From NCBI GenBank assembly GCA_965197465.1, contig OZ240209.1, positions 3,965,174 to 4,029,173 of the forward strand: a stretch of DNA of 64,000 nucleotides, in the 5' to 3' direction. Position 1 is the stretch's first letter. Each line of letters begins with the position of its first letter. The translations under genes and the position numbers were made by a program. This stretch comes from Candidatus Poribacteria bacterium. GTDB lineage: Bacteria; Poribacteria; WGA-4E; JAJDTR01. The notes below the pieces were generated by a model. It did not search any database. It had not been told where the DNA came from and saw only the letters and a list, made by a program, of their open reading frames with translations. This document shows positions 49,985-60,615 of this stretch, in pieces.

Positions 49985-51244
49985 GTGCAGTTCCCGGGCT
50001 TTAATCACAATGCAATAATCCCATACATCATTGTCCTGGCGTATTTTTCTCTCATCGTAGAATTCTCCTTGGTCACCCACTCCTTTTTATATACACGCCG
50101 AGAGCGAAAAACGAAACGTCCACACTATGCGCCGAAAGCCGCAATTATTGCCCCCCACTACGGCTGGGATGCCCAAACCGGGGAGAGCGTCAAACCGTTG
50201 CTAAGTCAAGATTATGCGGGCGAATATGAGGTGTTCTTTGTGACTCACGCCGTTGGCGAGTCGGATTGCGACCCTTCATATTCGCATCTCGGCAGACTCG
50301 CTGAAGAACACCTCCATGTACGCGCACTCTTGGCGCCTAATGTTATCGACAATGCTCTTCCCCGCTCCCAAAAGGTGCAGAACCTCATAACCGCAATCAC
50401 GGAATTGCCCGATGATGTTGAGGTTATCGCTTTTGTTGATGCAGACGTGACCGTTCGGAAAGATTGGCTGAGGCTGTTGGTCGAACCCCTCCAAGACCCG
50501 CGAATCGGCGCGACGGTAGGGGCAAGGTTCTACTACCCACACACTCTCAGTCTCCCGTCACTCGTGGAAGCTATCTGGGTCAACTTTCAGATTGCGGCGC
50601 AAGGCGACCACCATTTTACCATGGTATGGGGTGGCTCCAATGCGATTCGCCGTAATTTAATTAGGGACGCAAACGTCCTGCAGCGCTGGGAAAACGCCGC
50701 CATCGAAGATCACAACCTAACTCATGCCGTGAGAGATTCAAAACTCAAGGTGCATTTTGTTCCGGACTGCGTCGTAATAACACATACGATGAATCGCACA
50801 TGGAGGCAAGTTCTGGAATTTACAAACCGCCAGATGATCATGACATACAGAATGGGGTTACGTGCACAGTGGGGTTTGAGTTTGGCTGCCTTGCTCCCCA
50901 AGGCGCTTATCGTGCTTGCATCTATTGCGCTCCTGCCGTTTTACTTCCATCAGCGGTACCTATTGCTCGTTCTTCTTATACCATTCATTGAAATCCAGAC
51001 CTATCGCATTTTCGCATTGAACCTACCCAAAGTACTCAGAGATGTAGAGGGAATTCGCGACAATGTCAGAATGACCTCCTTCGTCACGCCAATCGCAATG
51101 TTTGTAGCAGGGCTAAATGCGCTCTACACACTATTTCAGGACAAGATTATTTGGGGCGGGGTGCAGTACAAAATACTCTCCGCAACCACGTGCCAGGTTT
51201 TGGGCCGTGTCTCCGACATTACGGATAAGACAAAAGAGGAGTAA
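49985..51244 (+). CDS. Family-2 glycosyltransferase, membrane-embedded (ceramide-glucosyltransferase/HpnI-like fold)
   Basis: DxD region AFVDADVTV, multiple predicted TM segments, and a QxxRW-like WGGSNAIRR motif. Confidence 0.65.
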   Translation: MQFPGFNHNAIIPYIIVLAYFSLIVEFSLVTHSFLYTRRERKTKRPHYAPKAAIIAPHYGWDAQTGESVKPLLSQDYAGEYEVFFVTHAVGESDCDPSYSHLGRLAEEHLHVRALLAPNVIDNALPRSQKVQNLITAITELPDDVEVIAFVDADVTVRKDWLRLLVEPLQDPRIGATVGARFYYPHTLSLPSLVEAIWVNFQIAAQGDHHFTMVWGGSNAIRRNLIRDANVLQRWENAAIEDHNLTHAVRDSKLKVHFVPDCVVITHTMNRTWRQVLEFTNRQMIMTYRMGLRAQWGLSLAALLPKALIVLASIALLPFYFHQRYLLLVLLIPFIEIQTYRIFALNLPKVLRDVEGIRDNVRMTSFVTPIAMFVAGLNALYTLFQDKIIWGGVQYKILSATTCQVLGRVSDITDKTKEE

Positions 51245-51389
51245 TGGTCGTTAAGCATATATTGGCAATCAGTGGTTAGTATAACGTGTGCGACCAAGTA
51301 CGTAGAGAACGCAGATCTGCGTTCCCTACTATCTCAGGTGCATGGGTCCATAAATTTTAGCAATTTCCGGCTTCTAGAAAGGAAAAATA

Positions 51390-52610
51390 ATGCCATCACG
51401 GAGTCGAATTTCACCGCGTTTCTTCGTCAACCAACTCGCAACCGCCCTAACCGATGATTGGCAAACCGCCTACTCGCTCGCCAAGTATCAGGTTGCCAAA
51501 GAAAGTTTCAACTTGAGACACCCCTTCGGTGGCAAACACGGAAAGGGAGACAGCGTGCAACTGGTCAGTTTGCGAATCACGGATATGTGCAACCTCAGGT
51601 GCCATTCCTGCGGACAGTGGGGAGATAACGGCTACCTGCTCGGTGAATCTCTTAAAGATCTGAAACAGCGCGAAGTCCCTGTCGAGGTGTATAAGCAGCT
51701 GGTCGATCAGATTGTTGACGCCGGCTGGTCGCCTGTATGGTACATCTGGGGCGGCGAGCCGATGCTTTATCCCGGATTGATTGAACTGTTGCACTACATC
51801 TCCGAACGCGGCATGACAATTTCGCTCGTGAGCAATGCCACCAACATTGCTAGACGCGCCGATGATATCCTGGAGACCTGCAAAATCATCTATTTGAGCG
51901 TTGACGGGCCAAACGAGGAAATCCACAACATGCAACGCCCCGGAGTTACCGAGAATTACGACAACTTTACGGACGTAAAAGCGGCGCTGGAGACCTTGAG
52001 CGCCGAGAAGGAACGTCGGAATGTGGCGTTTCCCTATATCGTTCCGTTGAGTTGTATCACCATGTACAATATCGACGATGTCGTGGATCTGTATAAATTT
52101 ACAAGTCAATTTGCCGATGCGCAAATCTTCTATCTTACATGGTGGATGGATTCGCATTCCGCTCAGGCGCATACGGAGGATTTTGAACGGCGCTTCGGCT
52201 TCAAGCCGCAAACCCATTACGGCTGGATCGGTACATGGAAAGATTTCGATCACGGCGCGATTTTTGATCGATTTGAGGAAATGGAGAAACTATCGGAGAC
52301 GCAACAGCGTTGTCCCCCCTTGATGATGCCGCACCTTAATACGCGCGAAGAAATTCAGACCTACTATGCGGATCACAACGAAACCTTCAACTACAATCAA
52401 TGCGTCAGCATCTATATGACGATGGAGATTGACAGCAACGGCGATGTCAGCCTCTGCCGCGACTACCACGACTACATCATCGGCAACATCAAGACCGACA
52501 CCGTGATGGACATGTGGAACAACGAAAAAGCGCGGAAGTTCAGGACCTCAATCAGTTCGGACGGGATTATGCCCGTATGCCGCCGCTGTTGCGGACTCAT
52601 GGGATATTGA
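51390..52610 (+). CDS. Radical SAM protein with C-terminal SPASM/twitch Cys cluster
   Basis: CNLRCHSCGQW (CxxxCxxC) and C-terminal C...C...CRRCCG cysteines. 406 aa. No obvious precursor-peptide ORF adjacent. Confidence 0.75.
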   Translation: MPSRSRISPRFFVNQLATALTDDWQTAYSLAKYQVAKESFNLRHPFGGKHGKGDSVQLVSLRITDMCNLRCHSCGQWGDNGYLLGESLKDLKQREVPVEVYKQLVDQIVDAGWSPVWYIWGGEPMLYPGLIELLHYISERGMTISLVSNATNIARRADDILETCKIIYLSVDGPNEEIHNMQRPGVTENYDNFTDVKAALETLSAEKERRNVAFPYIVPLSCITMYNIDDVVDLYKFTSQFADAQIFYLTWWMDSHSAQAHTEDFERRFGFKPQTHYGWIGTWKDFDHGAIFDRFEEMEKLSETQQRCPPLMMPHLNTREEIQTYYADHNETFNYNQCVSIYMTMEIDSNGDVSLCRDYHDYIIGNIKTDTVMDMWNNEKARKFRTSISSDGIMPVCRRCCGLMGY

Positions 52611-52790
52611 ACGAGTGAGTTTTCGGCGCTTTGCTTTGAATGTTCGCGCAGGAACTAAATGCGCGGCGGTGCCCGTCTGATCGCGAGCGGTCTTTTCCCT
52701 TCACACCCAATTCCACTCGGTGGAACCAGCGGACCCTGTCACCACTTCTTATGTCACCAATCATCTTCTAGTACACGTAGCGCTTCTTTC

Positions 52791-53696
52791 ATGTACACAT
52801 TCTTCGCCATCTTTCTGGCTTCCATTTGCTCAATAGAACCTGCGGTAGATTTATCGCCGGATGAGCGTCAGCCTACAGAAAAACAGTTGCTCTATGCCGA
52901 GCAACTCTTCGACGCGCGTATTTACAATTCCTCAATTCTTGAGTACAAGCGTTTCCTTTTTTACCAACCGCACACGGAATTGGCGGATTTTGCCCGTTAT
53001 CGTATTGCCCAAGGGAATTACTATCAAGGTAACCGGGGATATTCCCAGCAGCTTTTCAGGGAATTCATGGAAAGTTTTCCTGAGTCTCCGCTATATCATC
53101 GCGCGCAGCTAATGCTGGGAACAACTCACCTAGACGACCAAGAATACGCTACAGCTAGATCGATTTTCTTTCAAGTCTTGCAAACAAATGATGATGAACG
53201 TCTGTTGGTGCAAGCGCAATACCTGCGCGGCTGGTGCTATGTACATGACCGAAATTGGTTTAAGGCGATAGCGGAATTCCGCAACGTGGATCATCTGCGC
53301 GTAGAAAATCGTGATACGGGACTTTTTGACTCCCGTCTTGAACACGTCGCTACCAAACTTGCAGACACTACCCTCGCTAGTACGCCGTTACCGCTAAAGT
53401 CACCGAAATTTGCCCAGTTATTGTCCACGGTTGTTCCCGGGAGTGGGCAAATCTATGCTGGAAAGCCCCGCAACGGTCTGATTTCTCTAGCAATCAATGC
53501 CACATTTTTCTACTTGCTGGCAGATTCATTTGTCGATAGGCGTTATGTTGATGCGGTGGGAATCTATCTGGTGGGTTCTCGGTTCTATTGGGGCAATCGT
53601 CACAATGCGAAGAAATGGGCGATGGAGCATAACCGAGATCTTGAGATGGGGCTTATTGAACAGCTAAGAAGCATTGAGCGTGAAATCATTGATTAG
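52791..53696 (+). CDS. TPR-like exported/membrane protein of unknown function
   Basis: Signal-like MYTFFAIFLASICS. TPR-like helices. A hydrophobic C-terminal segment. Start chosen at internal M45. Confidence 0.45.
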   Translation: MYTFFAIFLASICSIEPAVDLSPDERQPTEKQLLYAEQLFDARIYNSSILEYKRFLFYQPHTELADFARYRIAQGNYYQGNRGYSQQLFREFMESFPESPLYHRAQLMLGTTHLDDQEYATARSIFFQVLQTNDDERLLVQAQYLRGWCYVHDRNWFKAIAEFRNVDHLRVENRDTGLFDSRLEHVATKLADTTLASTPLPLKSPKFAQLLSTVVPGSGQIYAGKPRNGLISLAINATFFYLLADSFVDRRYVDAVGIYLVGSRFYWGNRHNAKKWAMEHNRDLEMGLIEQLRSIEREIID

Positions 53697-53919
53697 GTGG
53701 ATAATTATTCACTGCGATTTTATAAATGCGGACCGCGCGATGAAGTGTTGGATTTCACTTGGATTTCGGCACTTTTGATTGAAATCAAATCTCGAAATTC
53801 CTTCTTCTGCATGTGATTTCTCATGATTTTCCATTCAACCCAACCTACATGATGCGATTTGATGATCGAGGTCAGTTTCACGGCAAATGAGGCTACCCAA
53901 ATCGAATTTCAAACAGGCA

Positions 53920-55035
53920 CTAGCATTCTTGCAAGTGCCGAGTCAGCAGGCATTTACCGGCAGTGACCGATAGTTCAATCGCGAGAATCAAAATAGGGGG
54001 ATAGTCAAGAGCCGTGGCATTATCGCCTTCATTCGTGCAAAAAGGGGCTAATTTGAGTTCATCCTTGCGAGTCGTTGCGATAAAGTCTGCCCCTGTTTGT
54101 TTCGCCTCACGTTGAATCCTAACGAAGTCCGTCCGGGAGTATTGATGATGGTCGGGGAATGGCAGTAAATCAACTTTCTGCGGCTCATAGCGGCGCAGCG
54201 TTTTCGCAAACGCCCCCGGATTGCCAATCCCGCAGACAGCCAATAGGTTCTTCCCCTTCAAAACGCCGAAATCAACGTCCTCGCCTTTTCCTAGCCGGTA
54301 GAGCCGCGTCGGCTCATGGCGGCTCTCTACAATCGGCGTACCCCCTGCCAACGTGGTGATGTTCTCGCGTATTTCATCCGCGGATTCCACCATGTCAACT
54401 CGTGTTAGGGTAATCAGATCCGCCCGTCGTAACGCCGATACCGGTTCGCGTAATGTCCCCGCTGGAAGCAACTTTTTCGTTCCAAACGGCTGCGTTGCGT
54501 CCACGGTAACGATATCCAGATCTCGCTCCAATTTTCGGTGTTGAAATCCGTCATCCAAAATCAGCACGTCGGGCTTCAATCCTCGCAAGGCGTGGCAACC
54601 AGTTTCATAACGATCTTTCCCGATAAGCACCGGGACACTTGGTAGTTCCCGCACGATCATTGCGGCTTCATCGCCGCTCGTCTCAACCGACGCCAAAATC
54701 TCTCGACCATCCGATACGATGTGCGTCGCCAGTGTCTTTTCTTGGCGGTGATAGCCGCGCAGCAGGATGGCTGGACAGCGACCCGCTTCTTGCAACGCCT
54801 TTGCAATCCAAATGACTACCGGCGTTTTGCCCGTACCGCCAGATACAATGTTGCCGACGCTAATCACGGTGGGCGGCAGTCGCTTCGATTTGAGGAGGCG
54901 ACAATCGTAGAGCCAATTGCGGATGTTAACAATCGCCGCATAGACATAACTCAGCGGCGTTAGCAGGGTTAGTAGGAGGGTGGGAAGGGGACCCGTTTCT
55001 TTCCGCGTGATAACGAAATAAAGATAGCTTTTCAT
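53920..55035 (-). CDS. lpxK: Tetraacyldisaccharide 4'-kinase
   Basis: P-loop VGNIVSGGTGKTP. 4-nt overlap with lpxB. Confidence 0.85.
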   Translation of the reverse strand: MKSYLYFVITRKETGPLPTLLLTLLTPLSYVYAAIVNIRNWLYDCRLLKSKRLPPTVISVGNIVSGGTGKTPVVIWIAKALQEAGRCPAILLRGYHRQEKTLATHIVSDGREILASVETSGDEAAMIVRELPSVPVLIGKDRYETGCHALRGLKPDVLILDDGFQHRKLERDLDIVTVDATQPFGTKKLLPAGTLREPVSALRRADLITLTRVDMVESADEIRENITTLAGGTPIVESRHEPTRLYRLGKGEDVDFGVLKGKNLLAVCGIGNPGAFAKTLRRYEPQKVDLLPFPDHHQYSRTDFVRIQREAKQTGADFIATTRKDELKLAPFCTNEGDNATALDYPPILILAIELSVTAGKCLLTRHLQEC

Positions 55036-56150
55036 GATTCGACGTAACCCAACACCAACTGCGCGGTTCGTTCTGCCGCCCCGGAGTCTCCAAGTTGTTC
55101 ACATACGCTGCGAAGTGCCTTACGCTGGTCTTCCCGTTTTTCCGAATCTTGTAGTAAATCGAGCGCGATTGAAGTTATCCGCTCAACCTCTACATCATCT
55201 TGCAAAAGTTCGGGAACGATGTGGCGCCCCGCGATAATATTCGGCAACGCGCTTGAATCAAGCCTGACAAATCGCTTTGCCGTCCACCAACTGAGTCGAG
55301 ACAACTTATAGAGCACGACCATCGGCGTCAGGAGACATGCCGCTTCAAGCGTGGCTGTGCCCGATGCCACCAACAGCAGATCGGAGGCGCGCATGGCTTC
55401 GTACGTCACGTCCTTGACAATTTTGACCGTTGGTGCTTCGGGTAAGGTCTCCGGAGGGATGCTTGGTGCGAGAGGTAGAATCAACTGGCAATCGGGAATC
55501 GTTCGGCGAACCCCTTCGGCGGCGTCTAACATCACCGGATACAAGGCTTCCACTTCCCGGCGCCGACTGCCCGGCATTAAACCGAGGACGGGGGCATCTG
55601 TCCCCAAGCCAAGTTTTTCACGGGCTTGGCCTACGCTTAACTCTGAGTTGGCGTAGTCCAACAATGGGTGACCGACGAAATTAGCGTTCGCTCCCGCACA
55701 CCGGTAGAATTCGGTCTCAAAAGGAAAGATTGAGGCAACCGCGCTTGTTCGCTTGGCAATCTTCCTCGCGCGATAACCGCGCCATGCCCACGCTTTCGGA
55801 GGGATGTAGTAGACGACGGGGATATGCAGTCGATGCGCGCACGTAGCAAGCCCCATGTTGAATTCTGCGAAATCGACGAGCACGACCGCGTCTGGACGCT
55901 TTTCGCGAATGAGCCGATTTAAGCGCCGCTGCTTTTTCAGGAACGCCGGAATCGCCGAAAGCACCTCTCCGATGCCCATCACCGCCGAATCGCGAATGTG
56001 ATAAACGAGTGAAACCCCTGCGGCTTCCATGCGGTCGCCGCCCATTCCGAAGAGCTCGATCTCGGGACGGAGGGTTTTGAGTTGAGCTGCAACCCGAGAT
56101 GCCTGCAAGTCGCCGGACGGCTCGCCGGCAACAATCAGAATCGCTGGCAT
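55032..56150 (-). CDS. lpxB: Lipid-A-disaccharide synthase
   Basis: N-terminus ILIVAGEPSGDLQASRV. GT19 family length. Confidence 0.9.
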   Translation of the reverse strand: MPAILIVAGEPSGDLQASRVAAQLKTLRPEIELFGMGGDRMEAAGVSLVYHIRDSAVMGIGEVLSAIPAFLKKQRRLNRLIREKRPDAVVLVDFAEFNMGLATCAHRLHIPVVYYIPPKAWAWRGYRARKIAKRTSAVASIFPFETEFYRCAGANANFVGHPLLDYANSELSVGQAREKLGLGTDAPVLGLMPGSRRREVEALYPVMLDAAEGVRRTIPDCQLILPLAPSIPPETLPEAPTVKIVKDVTYEAMRASDLLLVASGTATLEAACLLTPMVVLYKLSRLSWWTAKRFVRLDSSALPNIIAGRHIVPELLQDDVEVERITSIALDLLQDSEKREDQRKALRSVCEQLGDSGAAERTAQLVLGYVES

Positions 56151-56261
56151 TTTCTCATTCTCACATTTCGCCTGGGAATTAGAAGGAGATACGGCACCGT
56201 ATTCGTTAAGACGGTTGGGAGAGGGGAATATTCGTTCTGATTATTGATGCTTGCCGCATCG

Positions 56262-57305
56262 CTACGGCATCATACCCGGAATGAGTAACCCTGCGGTTTC
56301 GTCTAAGCCAAACATCACATTCAGGTTCTGCACAACCGCACTCGACGCGCCCTTGCCGAGGTTGTCAATCGCAGACAACACGACGACTCGATTTGTGCGC
56401 ACGTCGACTTCAAGTCCGATATCACAGTAGTTGGTTCCGGCAACCGCTTTTGTCTGCGGGTACTCCCCCTGATCGAGAACACGGACAAAAGGCTCTTTTT
56501 CATAGTATTTTGAATAAATCGCCAACAACGACTCAGTTGAAATATCTGCTTTGAGTTGGAAGTAGAGTGTGCTCAGAATTCCCCGCGTCATCGGAACAAT
56601 GTGGGGCGTAAAGATCGCGCGGATAGTCTCGCCAGCGATCTTGCTCAACTCCTGCTCAATCTCCGGGGTGTGGCGATGCGTGCCGATGTTGTATGCGATA
56701 AAATTCGATTCTCGATTGGGAAAATGTGTCGTTGCGCTGGGGGTGCGCCCCGCGCCGGAGATTCCGGACTTCGAGTCGATTATGATTGAGTCTAATTCAA
56801 CCAAATCTCTGGCAAGCAGCGGCAGCGCGGGGAGAATGGCGCTTGTCGGATAGCACCCGGGATTTGCCACTAGCTCTGCCGTGCGAATCTCGCTTCGATA
56901 AAGTTCCGGCAAACCGTAAACTGCGCGCTCCATCCACTCGGGGTCCGAGTGCTTCACATGATACCATCCCTGATACGTTTCAGGATCGTCCAAACGATAA
57001 TCTGCACTGAAATCAATAACGCGAAGACCCTGTTTTAGAATCTTCGGTACATACGACATGGCAACTTTGTGAGGAACGGAAAGAACAACGACATCTACCC
57101 GATCTCTGAGCGTCTCAATCTCCAACGGCTCGAATTCAAGGTCGATTAAGTCACGAAGGTTCGGCATTATCCGGTCTACCCGCTGGCCAGGATACGTTTC
57201 CGATGTGACCATCTCGATTTTTAACTCGCCCGGATGGCTAATCAGGAAACGCAACAATTCACTGCTCGTATAGCCTGATGCCCCCACAATGCCAACCTTT
57301 ACCAT
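56262..57305 (-). CDS. argC: N-acetyl-gamma-glutamyl-phosphate reductase
   Basis: VGIVGASGYTSSELLR and catalytic Cys region PGCYPTS. GAGGAG RBS. The ATG at 57305 is preferred. Confidence 0.9.
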   Translation of the reverse strand: MVKVGIVGASGYTSSELLRFLISHPGELKIEMVTSETYPGQRVDRIMPNLRDLIDLEFEPLEIETLRDRVDVVVLSVPHKVAMSYVPKILKQGLRVIDFSADYRLDDPETYQGWYHVKHSDPEWMERAVYGLPELYRSEIRTAELVANPGCYPTSAILPALPLLARDLVELDSIIIDSKSGISGAGRTPSATTHFPNRESNFIAYNIGTHRHTPEIEQELSKIAGETIRAIFTPHIVPMTRGILSTLYFQLKADISTESLLAIYSKYYEKEPFVRVLDQGEYPQTKAVAGTNYCDIGLEVDVRTNRVVVLSAIDNLGKGASSAVVQNLNVMFGLDETAGLLIPGMMP

Positions 57306-57479
57306 TGGGATTAGCGCTCCTCGTGTTGTACCTAATTTTAGAATACCGGTGGGACTGAACCTTCTGTGACCGGTGAAGAATTGTAGCATTCAGAATTTCG
57401 GATGTCAAGACCAATGCCAAATGCCGGCGGCGAAGTAGAAAACATTGCCATTTATGGAGAGTTTATCGCGCCTTTAGCG

Positions 57480-58020
57480 CGTAGGTTGGGTTGAACGGGA
57501 CTAACCAACAAAACCGGAATGACACATAGCGGTAGGAGCGATCAAGCGAACGATCAACTGAGATCAACCGAACGGACAGTGAAGGAGCAAACGAGTGGAC
57601 AATGAGTGCGATAGTAGATCCTGATAGAGATATTTCAGTGAATGCGATAGAGATCCCTCTCCGAATCGCGACTCGTACGTGCGCTACATCAGGAATCGGA
57701 ATTCCCTCCTACAGCCGTAGACCGTTTCTCCTGCCTCTTTCTACTGGCAAAAGAAGACCTGAACGTATCTATAGGCGAACACTCTTTGACTCTGTTGGGT
57801 TGAACGACATTAACCAATATAACCCGGCATTACGCGCGGCTTAAAGAGTTTAATTCCGCTTGAACTCTAACACATCTAGTGAAACCCAACTGGATAATCA
57901 ACACGCGGGTTGGATTGAGGTGTTGGGTTTCGTTCAATTCCGGTTCAAGTCCGCCCCATTGAAAAACAGAACTTGATTGTGCTATAGCGATTCGCATTTT
58001 ACCACTCAACCCAACCTACG
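57480..58020. mobile_element. 541-bp non-coding element bounded by perfect 15-16-bp inverted repeats CGTAGGTTGGGTTGA(A) / (T)TCAACCCAACCTACG. MITE-like. Contains GATC-rich mosaic modules and nested hairpins.
   Basis: TIRs at 57480-57495 and 58005-58020. The interior 57529-57672 is a GATCAA/GCGATAG element. 57889-57940 holds the nested inverted repeats GAAACCCAAC...GTTGGGTTTC. Confidence 0.35.
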
Positions 58021-58179
58021 GACTGTTGGTATTACCCTCGACTACATATAAAGGTTCAATCCCGGGGGGAATATGTGGTAAAATCAGGGGAGGCACCATG
58101 CTACGGACGAGCGGTGTCAAGTTTCGCGATTATATTATCGAATTTCCTTGACGATGGCAAGGGAACGTTATTGTAGGGA

Positions 58180-58370
58180 TCAATCTACCGACTGATTAAG
58201 GAGGGATCAAGCGAATGAATTATGAGTGCGATAGAACTCCCATAGCAAATCCCTCAACTGACCGAAAAAGGTTCAAGCAAGCGATTAGCGAGTGTGATAG
58301 CAAATCCCGTGCGACAGAGTTCCCGTAGCGAATGCAATAGAAATCCCTCGCAATTCCCTAGAAGAGTCCT
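58180..58370. repeat. Tandem ~20-bp units of the GCGATAGnnnATCCC module (five units) upstream of the ARH gene
   Basis: GAGTGCGATAGAACTCCC / ATAGCAAATCCC / GTGTGATAGCAAATCCC / GTGCGACAGAGTTCCC / GCAATAGAAATCCC. Confidence 0.55.
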
Positions 58371-58454
58371 GCAATATCAGATTATCGCAGAATATCATCA
58401 TTTCTGCGTTTTGCGAAAGTTCTGATCATCTTACAATACGGGAGGTATTTACTT

Positions 58455-60572
58455 TTGATGATACCCAATGACTATGAGGAGCGCCTATACGCCGGCGTTC
58501 TTGGCAAGATAATCGGCGTCTACTTGGGACGCCCCTTTGAAAACTGGACGTACGACCAAATCATGGCTAATCTCGGAGAAATCAACTACTATGTCCACGA
58601 ACGGCTGAACAAGCCGCTGATTGTCACGGACGACGACATCTCCGGCACCTTTACTTTTTTCCGGGCGTTGGAAGATTATGGTGACAACCGCGAACTCACG
58701 GCGGAACAGATTGGCCAGTCTTGGCTCAATTACATTATCGAAGGGCGGACTATCCTCTGGTGGGGCGGCATGGGCAATTCAACGGAGCATACCGCCTTTT
58801 TGCGCCTCAAGGCAGGCACACCCGCGCCTCAAAGCGGCTCAATCGAGTTGAACAGTCAAGTCGTCGCCGAGCAGATTGGCTCACAGATATTTATCGACGC
58901 TTGGGGGATGGCGTGTCCCGGCAACCCCGAACTTGCCGCTGAATTTGCGCGCAGAGCCGCGAGCGTTAGCCATGACGGCGAAGCCATTTACGGTGCACAA
59001 GTAGTCGCCGCGATTGAGGCACAGGCATTCGCGGAATCCAACATTGACAACCTGTTGGATACGGCGGTCGGTTTCATTCCCAAAGATTCGGTTATATACC
59101 GACTGATTGATGATCTTCGCGACTGGCATCAGCGGGACGGCGATTGGCGTCTGACGCGGGAGCGTATTGTAGCCTCTTACGGCTATGACAAGTACGGTGG
59201 CAACGTGCACATGGTGCCGAATCACGCCTTGATTGTGCTCGCTCTGCTCTACAGCGAGGACGACTTCCAGCGCGCCCTGACCATTGTGAACACGGCGGGG
59301 TGGGATACCGACTGCAATTCCGGAAACGTTGGATGCATTATGGGAATCAAGAACGGATTGGCTGGAATTGACGCCGGTCCCGATTGGCGCCGCCCTGTTG
59401 CGGACCGGCTTTATATTTCTGCCGCCGACGGAGGGCGTGCGGTCACGGATGCGGTGCGCGAGACATATATAATCAGTAAGGCAGCGCGGACGCTGGCGAA
59501 TCAACCGATTGAATCCCCCAAGAACGGAGCGCGATTCCACTTTGAGCTTCCGGGGTCGGTGCAAGGGTTCACGCTTGAGGAAAGCCCGGAAAGCGACGGA
59601 ACCGCGGTGATTGAAAACGTCGTTGGCAATAGCGTCAACGGCACCCGAAGCTTGGCTATCCGATACAATCAACTGGCGGTCGGCAGAATGGCGCGCGTGG
59701 CAACGCCGACCTTCATTCCGCCCGAAGCCATTGATATGCCGGGGTATCAGTTGATGGCGTCGCCCACACTCTATTCGGGGCAAACCGTTCAAGCGCGCCT
59801 AACCGCAGACAAGGAAAACTGCCAGACGGTGACGTGTACGCTTTACATTCAGGTCTACGGAGCGGATGACGCTTTGGTCATGCGGCGAGGTGAGACGCGT
59901 GAGGTTTCACCGGGAGGCGAGGCGTTGTTCAACTGGAATGTGGATCTGACGGATGGCGCCCCGATTGCGGCTGTGGGAATCGAGCTGAGTTCGGACGCCG
60001 GAGCGTCCGGCGTGGTATACCTTGATTACCTGACTTGGAAGGGCACGCCGGAACTTTCGCTAATCAAACCGTCTTCTGGCGGCACGATGTGGAAACGGGC
60101 ATGGATCGACGCTGTCGACAACGCGATTACCAGCAGAGCAGACGTAGCGGCCTATCGAATCATGCAAAATCACGACACGGGTTTATTTATTCAGGGAACT
60201 CGCGAGTGGGAGAACTATTCCTTTTCCGCTTTAGTCAATCCGCATCTTGCTAGCGAGGCTGGAATCGCGGTGTGTGTTCAAGGCCTCAAGCGATATTACG
60301 CCCTCCTGCTTTGCGATGACGGGAAGCTGCGCCTAATTAAGGAACTTGACGGACGGACAGAGCTTGCGGCGAAAAACTTCGCTTGGGATTGGGATACGGA
60401 CTACGAACTGCGCTTGGAGGCGGCGGGCGCAAACTTGGTTGCCTTCATTGACGGCGATGTTGTCTTCGAGTATTCGGATACAAATCATCCGCTGTTAACC
60501 GGCAGTGTCGCTCTGGTTTGCACCGAAGGCAGGGTTGACTTTCGGGATGTCTCCGTTGGCGGGAGGGGGTAG
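58455..60572 (+). CDS. ADP-ribosylglycohydrolase-family domain fused to a C-terminal beta-sandwich (LamG/DUF1080-like) domain
   Basis: N-terminal GVLGKIIGVYLGRPFE matches ARH-family start motifs. 705 aa. Confidence 0.65.
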   Translation: MMIPNDYEERLYAGVLGKIIGVYLGRPFENWTYDQIMANLGEINYYVHERLNKPLIVTDDDISGTFTFFRALEDYGDNRELTAEQIGQSWLNYIIEGRTILWWGGMGNSTEHTAFLRLKAGTPAPQSGSIELNSQVVAEQIGSQIFIDAWGMACPGNPELAAEFARRAASVSHDGEAIYGAQVVAAIEAQAFAESNIDNLLDTAVGFIPKDSVIYRLIDDLRDWHQRDGDWRLTRERIVASYGYDKYGGNVHMVPNHALIVLALLYSEDDFQRALTIVNTAGWDTDCNSGNVGCIMGIKNGLAGIDAGPDWRRPVADRLYISAADGGRAVTDAVRETYIISKAARTLANQPIESPKNGARFHFELPGSVQGFTLEESPESDGTAVIENVVGNSVNGTRSLAIRYNQLAVGRMARVATPTFIPPEAIDMPGYQLMASPTLYSGQTVQARLTADKENCQTVTCTLYIQVYGADDALVMRRGETREVSPGGEALFNWNVDLTDGAPIAAVGIELSSDAGASGVVYLDYLTWKGTPELSLIKPSSGGTMWKRAWIDAVDNAITSRADVAAYRIMQNHDTGLFIQGTREWENYSFSALVNPHLASEAGIAVCVQGLKRYYALLLCDDGKLRLIKELDGRTELAAKNFAWDWDTDYELRLEAAGANLVAFIDGDVVFEYSDTNHPLLTGSVALVCTEGRVDFRDVSVGGRG

Positions 60573-60615
60573 GTCGTTTGCGGGCAGGTTTGAATAATAG
60601 CAAATTCCCGTTGAA

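Noticed and set aside
57925-57950. tRNA-like T-loop GGTTCAAGTCCG.
   Set aside because: The flanking sequence cannot form a T-stem or acceptor stem, and there is no D-arm consensus. It lies inside a repeat-built intergenic region.
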